A program made the translations under genes and the position numbers. From a virus (taxonomy: Duplodnaviria > Heunggongvirae > Uroviricota > Caudoviricetes): a stretch of DNA of 17,464 bases. The notes under the pieces were generated by a model, which saw nothing but the letters and a program-made list of their open reading frames with translations, did not search any database and was not told the origin of the DNA. Below, piece after piece: positions 1 to 8,928 of this stretch. The stretch lies in the IMG/VR virus record IMGVR_UViG_2778261165_000010, one strand, 5' to 3'. How positions within the stretch are numbered: the first letter of the stretch is position 1; each line of letters starts with the position of its first letter.

Positions 1-19
1 GCTGGGAAGGCTGGGTCAT
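1..19 (-). CDS. 5' end of the next tail gene downstream of the tape measure (partial, runs off window)
   Basis: ATG at 19..17 on the minus strand preceded by GGAGGG; only 6 codons (MTQPSQ) are visible. The short Shine-Dalgarno spacing makes this uncertain. Confidence 0.3.
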
Positions 20-124
20 ATCCCTCCGGCAGAAGCAGAAAAAGCTTATTATGCTTCCATCAGAAACGATGATCTGGCAGCCTGAGTTCACAGATAAAAC
101 ACTCTCCAGGAAAACCGGGGCGGT

Positions 125-1963
125 TCACTGTCTGAGTTCAATTCCTTCCTGTTGTCGCTTGTTGTAATCGTTTATTGATGAATTTAGTACGTCCTGAGCA
201 ATTTTTTCTGCTTGAAGTACGCCCAATTGCTGCTTTAATCGTGCCAGCCTTTTATTTTGAGCTCCGCCATCTCCAATGCCACCTAACCCGAAAACTCCGG
301 GTCGGGTATTTTTTTCTATTTCATCAATTTGACGGAGAACATCTGAGATTTTTTGATCAAGGGAGGCCTCACGGCCAATATCCAGCATGGAATCCCATGC
401 CCATTTTGCGGAGTCTGCGACAGCTTTCCATGCAGTCTCAAGATAACCAAGATTTTCTTTAATCTGGTTGGTGCGCTGGATCATTGAGGATGAGTATTCT
501 TCTGTCGCAATGCGGGCGGCCTCCTGCTGGTTCCCTTCATCCTGTAGCGCCTTAATCTGGTTATAAGTCGCAAGTGTCAGAAAATGGTACTGATCATTAA
601 GTTTTGATATGGCACTGACAGGATCCTTTGCAATTTCATTGAAGTCATTAACCAGTTGTTCGGTTGATATTCCTGTTACTTCGCTCGTTTTTACTATCGC
701 TGTCGTCACTTGCTCCAGCGAACTGCTCGCTACCTTTCCCGAACGCACAAGCTGATTTAATACTGCCGCCGCAGCACCAGTTGTCGAATCAGCCGCATTC
801 CCGGCACGTTGAGCTATATCGCCCAATTGCCCGCTGGTTGTCCCCAACTGATTTCCGGTAAGAATAAGAGATTTATTAAATTCGTCCTGCTCCTGAGAGC
901 CTTTATAGTAAGCCAGTCCTAAGACCCCAACGGCTGCTGCGGCCAGGGTAAAAGGATTAATTAATCCCAGCACATAAGAACCTACACCTTTGATCGCCGG
1001 GCCAATCCCACCGAACATATCTTTTAGCTGGCCGCCCTGCTGCATTAACACCATAAATGGCGACTGACCAGTGGACAACCCAACAACAATATCCGTCATT
1101 TGTGCAGGCAACATGCGCATAGCAAAAGCCGTTTGTTTTGCCGACATTCCGGTTTTGCTTAATTGTGATTGAGTAACCTCAAGCTCACTCCGCATAGCAC
1201 GAAGTTTTCCAGAAAGCTCCTCATACATTTCAGGAGAAAGCATCCCCTTAGCTTTTGCTTCATTGAGCTGTTTCTGTTGTTCTACCAGACGATTAAAAGC
1301 AGTTCCGACAGGATCAAGTTGAGCAATCAGACGTTGCAAAGCAACAACCTGTTCATCATGCGCTTTTGCTGCTTCTCGCTCTGCCTGAGCCTCTCCGGTA
1401 AGCTCTCGCCGTGTTTCCTGTATTTTTCGGCTATAATTCTCAAACTGAGAACCATTTATTTTCCCGGATGCAAACGCAGCATTAAGTTCATCATGCTGTT
1501 GTTCAAGATTTCTTAGCGCCGCAGCCAGAGGGTCGATCTTGTCCAGCATTCTTTGAAAGGCCTGAGCCTGCGCTTCCTGCTGGGCGGCAGCAAGTTTTCC
1601 GGCCTTCTCGGCTTCTCTCTGCGCTTGCGCAACCCCGCTCAATTCCTCTGTGGTTTCATTAAGTTTACGGACAAGAAATTCATATTCTTCTTTATCAATA
1701 AGCCCTTTATCGAAAAATTTCTTTAATTCAGAATAGCGTCGACCGACAGTATCAATTGCGGCACCAACTGGATCAATAGCTGCTTTTAATTTTGCGAGCG
1801 CGTTCTTCTCATCTTCTGTTGCCTTAGTCACTTTCCCTGCGCTATTTGCAGCAGTTTCCCCAGCCTGCGTCATTTTGACTAATGAGGAGGTCAGATTGTC
1901 AGCATTATTTTTCGCTCCAGTGCTATCAATAATTATTGCGAGACGCGAGGTTTGCTCTGCCAT
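125..1963 (-). CDS. tail tape measure protein (612 aa)
   Basis: Long ORF with ATG at 1963 preceded by AGGAG. Extended Ala/Gln/Glu-rich coiled-coil repeats (e.g. [24 protein letters not shown]), a hydrophobic Gly-rich central segment ([22 protein letters not shown]), and a position immediately after the G/GT chaperone pair. Confidence 0.85.
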
Positions 1964-1986
1964 TTATTAAAACTCCTGACAACAAA

Positions 1987-2008
1987 AAACCCACCGCGAA
2001 GTGGGTTT
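1987..2008 (-). terminator. stem-loop with following T-tract in the GT-tape measure spacer (candidate intrinsic terminator or attenuator)
   Basis: On the minus strand: AAACCCAC-TTCGCG-GTGGGTTT (8-bp stem, 6-nt loop) followed by TTTGTT, then the AGGAG ribosome-binding site of the tape measure gene. Confidence 0.5.
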
Positions 2009-2128
2009 CAGGCGACATAATAGTAGATATAGCGATTACGAGGCCACGCAATGCTTTTCTCCAGGAGCATCATCGATTTAATTAAAGACACCATCACATC
2101 TCTGTAACAGAGTGTACGTAATTAACAA

Positions 2129-2449
2129 CTACACACACTGCTCCTGAAAATACTGGTCATCCAGTGCAAAGATCACTGCTTCAAATTCATCGCGCTCAAT
2201 CAATACCGGATGAGTGGCTAAATATTCATTTATCTCTGTCAGAGATAAAGGCAAAGGCACCCCAGCCATTCCAGCATAACGTCGGGCACGGGATATTACC
2301 GAATAGGCGTACAACAACTCCTTAAGCACCGGGTCTATTTCTGGTTCCGGTATCGGTGGCAACCTGAGTTTTTCTCGCTTCCATCTTGCCTTTTCCCCCC
2401 TTTCTCCCCCGAACTCCGATAACCACCGCTGGGCAGCTATGGCTTTTTT
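2129..2449 (-). CDS. tail assembly chaperone GT, -1 frameshift extension (T portion)
   Basis: The -1 frame relative to G is open from inside the 3' end of G through to the stop at 2129 (about 105 codons). The 77-aa track ORF 2129..2362 is the distal part of this frame. Arrangement matches lambda G/GT. Confidence 0.7.
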   Translation of the reverse strand, partial: KKAIAAQRWLSEFGGERGEKARWKREKLRLPPIPEPEIDPVLKELLYAYSVISRARRYAGMAGVPLPLSLTEINEYLATHPVLIERDEFEAVIFALDDQYFQEQCV

Positions 2450-2898
2450 ATCGTATCCTGCTTCTGCTGCTCTTTACCCTGGGCGATGCTGGCTGCTTCT
2501 GCAAGGATCTGCCAGTACAACTCTGGATTCTGCTTAAGCAGCGCGATCCCTCGTTCTGCCGTATATTCCAGTGCAACCTCAACACCATTAACCAGTTCAC
2601 CAACCCCTTTCCAGTCTTTCAGCAGATAACGAGCGGCATTATCAATGAGTAAATCATCAACAGAATCCACCTCGGAAACCTTTGAAATATCAAACTCCTT
2701 CGTTCCGACGTGCAAACTGGCATCCATTTTCTCAATGTGGCGACGGATTAATGCATTACGGGAGCGATACTGATCGTTATCGCTGCTTGCCACCAACAGT
2801 TTTAACCCGTCTACAGGTTTTAAGTCCTTCATTGGCGTAAACCAGCGTTCTCCACCAATGATAATTTTCTGATTAAGAATAAACATCCATAACCTCAT
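2437..2898 (-). CDS. tail assembly chaperone G
   Basis: ORF of about 150 aa between the major tail and tape measure genes, ending ..QDTIKKP* with the slippery site at its 3' end. An alternative start at 2886 (MFILNQK..) has a better-placed GAGG ribosome-binding site. Confidence 0.7.
   Translation of the reverse strand: MRLWMFILNQKIIIGGERWFTPMKDLKPVDGLKLLVASSDNDQYRSRNALIRRHIEKMDASLHVGTKEFDISKVSEVDSVDDLLIDNAARYLLKDWKGVGELVNGVEVALEYTAERGIALLKQNPELYWQILAEAASIAQGKEQQKQDTIKKP
2443..2449 (-). promoter_or_regulatory. programmed -1 ribosomal frameshift slippery heptamer A_AAA_AAG
   Basis: Plus strand 2443..2449 is ctttttt, so the minus strand reads A AAA AAG in the G reading frame (..ATA AAA AAG CCA TAG). 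This is 2 codons before the G stop, and the -1 frame is open downstream. Confidence 0.7.
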
Positions 2899-2946
2899 TC
2901 AATGCGTCCCCCTGTAGGGCAGTACCACAGGAGGATTAACGGAAAA

Positions 2947-3909
2947 TCAACTAATCGCCTCAGCACTGGCTTTTGCGATCACGGCAGCCGGGGAATTTTT
3001 TTTTCTGGTTATCGTAGGTGCTTCATCTGCTGCGGTAATGCTCAATTGAACCTGGATAATGTCGCTATTACCCCCATCAGGCCATTCACCTGACACCTGA
3101 ACCTTCGGGAAACTGAAAGTGTATGCCCCCTCTCCATTCGAAAGCGTGAAGCTGAACGGAACTGTTTCTCCAGTCAGTGTTTTACTCCAGATTTCCCACG
3201 CGGCTTTAGACCATGAAAGCGTCACCGTACCGGACGGTGTAAAAGTAGTCGGAATATTTGCTCCTGCATAAGGCGAGCCAGTCCCGATACAACGCTGTGT
3301 CTGGAGTTTGTTATCGAACTGAATATCAAAACTGTCGATACAAAAACCGTTACCTCCGGCAACACCATTCAGGCTTACTGCTGAAACCTCCTTAAACGAA
3401 TAACGTAGCTTTCCTGCACTATCCACAGGTTCGCCTTTGATAAAATTCGTATCATCGGCCTTTGATTCCCAGTCCAGTCCGGCAAAGGTTACGGTCGCTG
3501 TAATATCGCCGTCGTTAGGGATCTGCATTTTCCATGAGCCAACCTGCGCTCCTCTGACGACAGAGGCAATTCCGACATCGGACGCATAGGTCGCCAGAGA
3601 AAATGTTATTCGCTCATTCCCCATTGTCAGAGAATCGCCTGACCATTCCGCGCCGAAACAGGATGCAAGAAAATCATCATGTTGACCCCAGCGAAATTTG
3701 GTACCAACATCACCGCCGACATCCACAGTGCCAGGCGTCGCCCCCTGAGCCATCCGGGAGCCACCAATCTCATTATTTTCGCCTTTATTCTGGGTGGGTT
3801 TTACTCCCCAGCTTGTGCGTTTTAATAAACTCCAGTCACCACTTGCTGGCGTAGTGCCTGCAACCGTCTCCCGGATAAATGCCGAGATAACCTTTGCACC
3901 TGAACTCAC
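2947..3909 (-). CDS. major tail tube protein (320 aa)
   Basis: GTG start at 3909 with AGGAGG 6 nt upstream. Lies between the tail terminator and the G/GT chaperones. Gly/Thr/Ser-rich beta-type sequence with a C-terminal extension that may be an Ig-like domain. Confidence 0.7.
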   Translation of the reverse strand: MSSGAKVISAFIRETVAGTTPASGDWSLLKRTSWGVKPTQNKGENNEIGGSRMAQGATPGTVDVGGDVGTKFRWGQHDDFLASCFGAEWSGDSLTMGNERITFSLATYASDVGIASVVRGAQVGSWKMQIPNDGDITATVTFAGLDWESKADDTNFIKGEPVDSAGKLRYSFKEVSAVSLNGVAGGNGFCIDSFDIQFDNKLQTQRCIGTGSPYAGANIPTTFTPSGTVTLSWSKAAWEIWSKTLTGETVPFSFTLSNGEGAYTFSFPKVQVSGEWPDGGNSDIIQVQLSITAADEAPTITRKKNSPAAVIAKASAEAIS

Positions 3910-3935
3910 AGGAGCCTCCTATGTCATTAATTGCG

Positions 3936-4328
3936 CTAGAGCGCGCGATATGGAATTTGAAGATTAAGCTGGAACCAGCCATTCTTTTCGCCAACGGCTA
4001 TTGAGGAAACAGCCTGGTAACTGAGACGATCGTCATCCTGAAACTCAAACAGTTCCCGCAATTTATCGGCTGTCTCAGTAATGAGTTTTGAACCAGAACC
4101 TGCGGGGACAAATAACTGAATAATGATTATCCCCGTGCGATAAACAATCGGCCCCGCGCCAATTTCATTAACTCCAGCCTGCCCGGGAATATTACTTAAC
4201 CGCGCCCAGATTAACTTACCGGAAGGATCGAACGTTGGCGCGTTCGGATACAATACGTCTTTTCCATCAATAATCGTCTGTGCCGTCATTCTGGAAATAA
4301 CCGTATTTCTGATTTCAGTAAACGTCAT
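3936..4328 (-). CDS. tail terminator protein (lambda gpU-like by position)
   Basis: 130-aa ORF immediately upstream of the tail tube gene; its start overlaps the preceding gene by 4 nt. Called by synteny. Confidence 0.5.
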   Translation of the reverse strand: MTFTEIRNTVISRMTAQTIIDGKDVLYPNAPTFDPSGKLIWARLSNIPGQAGVNEIGAGPIVYRTGIIIIQLFVPAGSGSKLITETADKLRELFEFQDDDRLSYQAVSSIAVGEKNGWFQLNLQIPYRAL

Positions 4329-4705
4329 TTGTAAGCCTGTAAAACACCATGAAAAGCGTTGGCATACACGCCAGTTGGCGCTTGTTGTGAATGACCGTTT
4401 TCAAGAGCCTCTGCATAAGGAAGGTTATTCTGGATATAAATAACTCCGTAATTTGCAGCTTTCGAAATAACCCCGATCCCACGCTGAACAGCAATCGTAC
4501 CGTTCGGATCCACGTTATCAGATATACCAAAATCGGGATGCTGTAACGACACCAGGTTGTTATTTCTGAAACGTCCGGTATCAACCGGAGCAGCAATATC
4601 AATAGCAGTAAGAATCTGAATAGCGATGTAGCGAATCTTCAGCCCTACATCTTCCTCAATCATCCCGGCAAATATTGACGGTTCTATATCCCATGCCTTT
4701 GCCAT
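4325..4705 (-). CDS. HK97 gp10-like tail completion protein
   Basis: 126 aa containing a PVDTGRFRNN motif characteristic of the HK97 gp10 family; abuts the upstream gene. Confidence 0.65.
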   Translation of the reverse strand: MAKAWDIEPSIFAGMIEEDVGLKIRYIAIQILTAIDIAAPVDTGRFRNNNLVSLQHPDFGISDNVDPNGTIAVQRGIGVISKAANYGVIYIQNNLPYAEALENGHSQQAPTGVYANAFHGVLQAYK

Positions 4706-5089
4706 TTACGCTCTCCTTAACTGGATAGAGTAAACTGATGCGGAAGGATCTACACTTGCTGTAATTACCTCGTATCGTTGTAACTGCCTTGATACAGGAT
4801 CATAAATCTCAATAATATGGTCGACAGCTGGTTTATCCGTAACCTCGCATACCAGAGCGGTTAATTTAAGGTCACCATGCAAAATATTAATCCCATCAAT
4901 TCTGCCCAGCTTATAACGTGTCAACACGCCTCGCCCGGTATAGATTGCGGTGGATTCGCCGCCAGTTTCCGTCACAGGATCCCAGTGCCGGTGCGTAACG
5001 TAAGAACCAGAAAAATCACTCACGGCGTCCGCTAAATCCTCATCAAAAGCAGCGGCAACCTCTGACTGAATCTCTTCACGAAGCCCCAT
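4706..5089 (-). CDS. head closure / head-tail joining protein (putative)
   Basis: 127-aa ORF whose ATG (5089..5087) overlaps the upstream stop as TAATG. Called by synteny between adaptor and tail completion genes. Confidence 0.45.
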   Translation of the reverse strand: MGLREEIQSEVAAAFDEDLADAVSDFSGSYVTHRHWDPVTETGGESTAIYTGRGVLTRYKLGRIDGINILHGDLKLTALVCEVTDKPAVDHIIEIYDPVSRQLQRYEVITASVDPSASVYSIQLRRA

Positions 5090-5483
5090 TATCCCCCCCT
5101 CACAACCCTGACTTGTGAGCGACTAAGTCCGTACGGTTTCAGCAGTGCTATCGCAAGCTGTAAATCGGGTTCAAGCAATGCAGTGCTGTTTGCTGGCAAC
5201 TCAGAAAATGATTTCGATACACTGACCCCGTCAGCCGACACGGCTTTACTGATAACAACGCCAGAATCATTTTTCTGCTGAAACAACTTACCGAATGAGG
5301 CAATTCTGGCTGCATATGCTCCCGCAAGTTTTACCTCTTCCGGAATACGGGATGGGTTAATTTTCAGGTTGAGCCATTAAGCCAGGCATTAGCCATTAAA
5401 ACAGCTTTATTTTTAGCGTTCTCACTCGTCCAGGCGTTCCCAAACGCATTATCAACGTCATCACAGGTCACGTAAGTGATCAT
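5089..5483 (-). pseudogene. head-tail adaptor/connector gene interrupted by a frameshift
   Basis: ATG at 5483 with AGGAG 6 nt upstream opens a frame (MITYVTCDDVDNAFGNAWTSENAKNKAVLMANAWLNGST) that stops at 5364. A second frame, open from 5376 to 5089, continues (WLNLKINPSRIPEEVKLAGAYAARIASFGK...VRVVRGG). The two overlap by about 12 nt and differ by -1. No slippery heptamer is present. Confidence 0.55.
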
Positions 5484-5486
5484 GTG

Positions 5487-5663
5487 TTACTCCTGAGTTT
5501 TCCAGCCCATAGCCTTCCAGTTGTCAACTTCATCAGGATGAACATTAGCGATAGTTGGTGCGCCGGGAAACATCTGATAATCGGTCACCATAACCACTAA
5601 CTCAATTTGCGTTTTTTGTGCGGCTTCACGCTGTGCTCTTTGCTCTTTAGTTAATCCGGCCAT
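5487..5663 (-). CDS. small hypothetical protein (58 aa) downstream of the capsid gene
   Basis: ATG at 5663..5661; translation MAGLTKEQRAQREAAQKTQIELVVMVTDYQMFPGAPTIANVHPDEVDNWKAMGWKTQE. Its stop lies 3 nt before the next ATG. Below the length cut-off of the ORF track. The Shine-Dalgarno is G-rich only. Confidence 0.45.
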   Translation of the reverse strand: MAGLTKEQRAQREAAQKTQIELVVMVTDYQMFPGAPTIANVHPDEVDNWKAMGWKTQE

Positions 5664-5671
5664 ATGCCCCC

Positions 5672-5696
5672 CATTAAAAATGGGGCCGAAGCCCCG
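5672..5696 (-). terminator. intrinsic terminator after the major capsid gene
   Basis: On the minus strand: GGGGC-TTCG-GCCCC hairpin (plus 5682..5695) followed by ATTTTTAA, 10 nt after the capsid stop codon. Confidence 0.65.
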
Positions 5697-5705
5697 TTTG
5701 AATGT

Positions 5706-6845
5706 TTAACCAAGAATCAGACAACCATGTGCCGGCTTCACTGATGAAACACCCCATGCCAGTCCAACTTCATAGCGCACCTGGCGATACTGACGATACA
5801 GTGCAATCTGGAACGTAATCCCTGAAATCGGGTCCGTAACATTCATTACATCATCAGCATTATCGCCACCTTCCGGCATTGCCGGAGTACGGGATGCCAG
5901 CAGAAACGCGTTGCGATCAAACGCCATATTTGCCGTAAAGGCCCCAACAACTGTGATGGCAGTATCATCGGCCAGATCCTGACGCAGTCCGGGCGCTGCA
6001 AGAGTAATCAGATTGCTGGTCGCTGCTGCCACAACATACTGATTCGGATCACCAGCGAACGTAACAATCTGACCTGCAGAAATACTCCCCGAACCAGTAT
6101 CAATGGAAATAAGAACATCGCCTTCTTTTTTCTCTCCATTCACGAGATAACCAGTTGCAGCAACCTTTGGCGCTCGTTTCACACCTGCCGAACTGTGAAT
6201 ATTGAATCCCTCCAGACACCCCAACACGCCCTCACGCAGTAGCTGTTCAGTGCCGGATTCATTCACTTTAAACAATACAGACTGTTTTCCGCGCAAATTA
6301 GCAATGGCAGTGGAGCCAAGCACCATCTGCAGATCGGTTGTCGGTGCGCCGTTATCCTCCAGAACCTGACGAGCCAGAGCAGCATCAGAAAGATCATCTT
6401 TAACACCAAACGGCGTTGTCCCTGCGGTTCCCACGGCGCGGGAAGCACCGAAATACAACGCACCAAGATCAGCCTCAACCTCGTTTGCAAGGGCGCGAAA
6501 AGCCTGCTTGAACTGATCAGCCAGAATGGTGTTGTAAGTCCCTGAAGGGCCAAGAGCCAGTTGTTCTTCACCATTCCATTTAACCGGTGCCATTTTGGAT
6601 TTAGTAATTTTTACATCAACAGTGCCAATATTTTGATCACCGGTATTCGGAGCTGACGGCCCCGGTACGATATCTTCGGTTTTCGCCTCAGGCGCAACTG
6701 GCGCGGTTACCGTCTGATCTTTTGCTGCGGCGTCAGCTTTTGCGTTTTTTGCTACCGCAGGGATAAAACCTACCTGCTCACGGGATACAACATCCAGGGC
6801 GGTATAAATAGTCGGGATCAACCCGGTCAGGGTATTTCCAGCCAT
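5706..6845 (-). CDS. major capsid protein
   Basis: ATG at 6845 with AAGGAA ribosome-binding site (MAGNTLTGLIPTIYTAL..). About 380 aa, directly after the scaffold gene and followed by a strong terminator. The track ORF extends to 6938 from a non-ATG start. Confidence 0.8.
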   Translation of the reverse strand: MAGNTLTGLIPTIYTALDVVSREQVGFIPAVAKNAKADAAAKDQTVTAPVAPEAKTEDIVPGPSAPNTGDQNIGTVDVKITKSKMAPVKWNGEEQLALGPSGTYNTILADQFKQAFRALANEVEADLGALYFGASRAVGTAGTTPFGVKDDLSDAALARQVLEDNGAPTTDLQMVLGSTAIANLRGKQSVLFKVNESGTEQLLREGVLGCLEGFNIHSSAGVKRAPKVAATGYLVNGEKKEGDVLISIDTGSGSISAGQIVTFAGDPNQYVVAAATSNLITLAAPGLRQDLADDTAITVVGAFTANMAFDRNAFLLASRTPAMPEGGDNADDVMNVTDPISGITFQIALYRQYRQVRYEVGLAWGVSSVKPAHGCLILG

Positions 6846-6943
6846 AATTAAATATTCCTTAAAAATTTGCGTAATTGTGAATAGATGGAGTAATGAGCTA
6901 TCCAGCCCTGACACCAGCTCCCATCCGGAAGCTGACAAATGTG

Positions 6944-7708
6944 TTAATCAACGATTGTGATACCGTCTTTCAATGCGTTTTGCTTACCTGCAACATCCAG
7001 TGCATCAAAAGCAGAGCGTTTCATCGTTTTCTGACCAATATCATGCTGTGTCGGACGGGAGCCGCCGCCATTGTTGCCACTGGCTTTCAGGATGTAGTCT
7101 TTCTGAGGGTAATTTTCGACAAGGAACTCCAGCGCCTCATCAAACTGCGCCAGTTCGCCAGGCTTCGCGCGGGAATAAATTTTGTTGCCGGAAGCGTCAT
7201 AAGCAACGATCCTCCCTTCTTCCACTTTGAATGCCTGCCCGAAGCGGGCTTGTAATAAATCTGCCGGGATCGCAATTTTATCGGCAATATATTTTGAACC
7301 CGCAAAACTACCGCCAATCATAGAATCGTAAAGCTGCTTCTCCAGCATCTGAGAGCGTTGCTTTTCTTCATCTAATTGCTGCTGAAAATTTTTCGTAATT
7401 TCTGCCTTAACCTGGTCAACCTGTCCCGCATCGAGCAGCTTTTTCTGGTCGATTTTTGACAGCATTTCCAGTGCCTCGATCGCCTTCTTCGGGTCTTCGA
7501 TAGCGGCAAACTTAGCCAGTTTTTCCTCTGCAGCTTCTTTAGCCAGGCGATGATTTTTTGCCTCGCCATTAAGCTCTGTAATTTTTTTTGTCGCCAGCGG
7601 TGCATCGAAGCCAATTTCTTTACCATCGTCGTGCACATAAACTGGCAGGCCAGCAGTATCAATTTCTGCGTATTGTTTTCCGTTAATCTCGACCGTTTTC
7701 AGTTTCAT
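6944..7708 (-). CDS. scaffolding protein (putative)
   Basis: ATG at 7708 (MKLKTVEINGKQ..). Charged, coiled-coil-rich 254-aa protein between the head morphogenesis and capsid genes. The track start at 7780 would run through the terminator hairpin. Confidence 0.55.
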   Translation of the reverse strand: MKLKTVEINGKQYAEIDTAGLPVYVHDDGKEIGFDAPLATKKITELNGEAKNHRLAKEAAEEKLAKFAAIEDPKKAIEALEMLSKIDQKKLLDAGQVDQVKAEITKNFQQQLDEEKQRSQMLEKQLYDSMIGGSFAGSKYIADKIAIPADLLQARFGQAFKVEEGRIVAYDASGNKIYSRAKPGELAQFDEALEFLVENYPQKDYILKASGNNGGGSRPTQHDIGQKTMKRSAFDALDVAGKQNALKDGITIVD

Positions 7709-7765
7709 ATTAGTACCTGGTTTAAGTCTTCCGACAGTTACGCTGCTCACCATCCGGATCGCAGC

Positions 7766-7792
7766 AATAAAAAAGGCCACCCGAAGGTAGCC
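7766..7792 (-). terminator. intrinsic terminator between the Mu F-like and scaffold genes
   Basis: On the minus strand: GGCTACC-TTCG-GGTGGCC (7-bp stem with one G-U pair, TTCG loop) followed by TTTTTTTATTG. Confidence 0.65.
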
Positions 7793-7812
7793 TGTTGTAA
7801 TAAATGATTTAT

Positions 7813-8928
7813 TTAAATCCCTGCTTTTCTGAATACCTGTGCATCACGCTCACGGAGCTGCTTCAGCGTCAGCCATTCGCCTTTATCGGTGTAAAATTCA
7901 TCTGGCGACATACCACCATCCCGAATCAGCTTTGCTCGGGTTTCCCCCACAATCTGTTTTTGTCTGGTGTAAGGCTGACGCAAAAACCATTCCCTGTAGG
8001 TTGTATCTCCGGCCACCACGCCATCCATGCTGGCCCGCTCAGCCGGGGAAATATCGCGAACATCAATACCCAGTTCCTTCGCTGATTTCAGAATGAACGT
8101 TTCCGTTGAGCGGCAGCAGAAATGAATTTTTCCCGGCCCCTGCAAATAAGGCACGCTGTGACCTACAGGTTTATTATTCAGCGTATATTTGAGGCGATCC
8201 CTGATTCGACATTGTGGCGTAGTACGATTATCAAGCGTTGATAACCATTGCTTACCCTTAATCAAATCATTATTCGCGCTGGCAAAACTCTCACGGGCAG
8301 TAGCAGCAAGATGTCCAACCGCTGTTTTTGCAATGCTGGCCGCATTAGCCCGGCTCATCTGCAATGCACCATCCTGAAATCCCTTACTGACATGTCCCCG
8401 AATTTTTCTTGCGATCTGCTCATTGGTATCCCCCAGCAAAAAACCCTGACGCACTGTATTTGTTATGCGTCTGAGCCGATCCGCCTCAAGATCTGAGGCC
8501 CACTCACTGAGCAGTCGTCCCTGGAATGGTCGCGCCATTGCAGCGGCATAAAGTGCATCAGGAGAGATACCAACCAGAGGGTGAACATCAGCAACAAAAT
8601 CAGGTAGCATAGAATCAAACAGACTTAACTGATAACCAGCCTCATAAATTGCCAGCTCGTTCAGCTCTCCGGAGAGACTGGTAAACATGCTGTTAATAGC
8701 AGTGCGGTTAACCTTTCTGACGCTCGCCAGAAGTGACTCCAGGCGCTTAACGGTAAAATTACCTGGATCGAGGCTGTCCAGTGCTATCAGCAGGCGAGCA
8801 GTAAGTTCCGCATCGCTGTCATTCAGTATTTTCACCATTCTGGCAGCCACGCCAGTGCTATAGCGGGATATCCAGACTGCATGAGCAATTGATTCATCAC
8901 GCAGCCGTTCATTCACGGTTTGCATCAT
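7813..8928 (-). CDS. head morphogenesis protein, Mu F / SPP1 gp7-like
   Basis: 371 aa immediately after the portal gene, with an LDNRTTPQCR motif matching the LD.RT..C signature of this family. Confidence 0.75.
   Translation of the reverse strand: MMQTVNERLRDESIAHAVWISRYSTGVAARMVKILNDSDAELTARLLIALDSLDPGNFTVKRLESLLASVRKVNRTAINSMFTSLSGELNELAIYEAGYQLSLFDSMLPDFVADVHPLVGISPDALYAAAMARPFQGRLLSEWASDLEADRLRRITNTVRQGFLLGDTNEQIARKIRGHVSKGFQDGALQMSRANAASIAKTAVGHLAATARESFASANNDLIKGKQWLSTLDNRTTPQCRIRDRLKYTLNNKPVGHSVPYLQGPGKIHFCCRSTETFILKSAKELGIDVRDISPAERASMDGVVAGDTTYREWFLRQPYTRQKQIVGETRAKLIRDGGMSPDEFYTDKGEWLTLKQLRERDAQVFRKAGI

Noticed and set aside
2001-2120. A 31-aa ORF (MVSLIKSMMLLEKSIAWPRNRYIYYYVA) in the GT-tape measure spacer
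   Set aside because: No ribosome-binding site, very short, and tyrosine-rich low-complexity translation; more likely non-coding.
2911-2935. Stem-loop CCUGUGG..CUACAGG between the tail tube and G genes as a terminator
   Set aside because: There is no U-tract after the stem; it may affect translation initiation of G but does not look like an intrinsic terminator.
5364-5379. Programmed -1 frameshift as the explanation for the split adaptor gene
   Set aside because: There is no X_XXY_YYZ slippery heptamer in the 12-nt overlap of the two frames; a mutation or sequencing error is more parsimonious.
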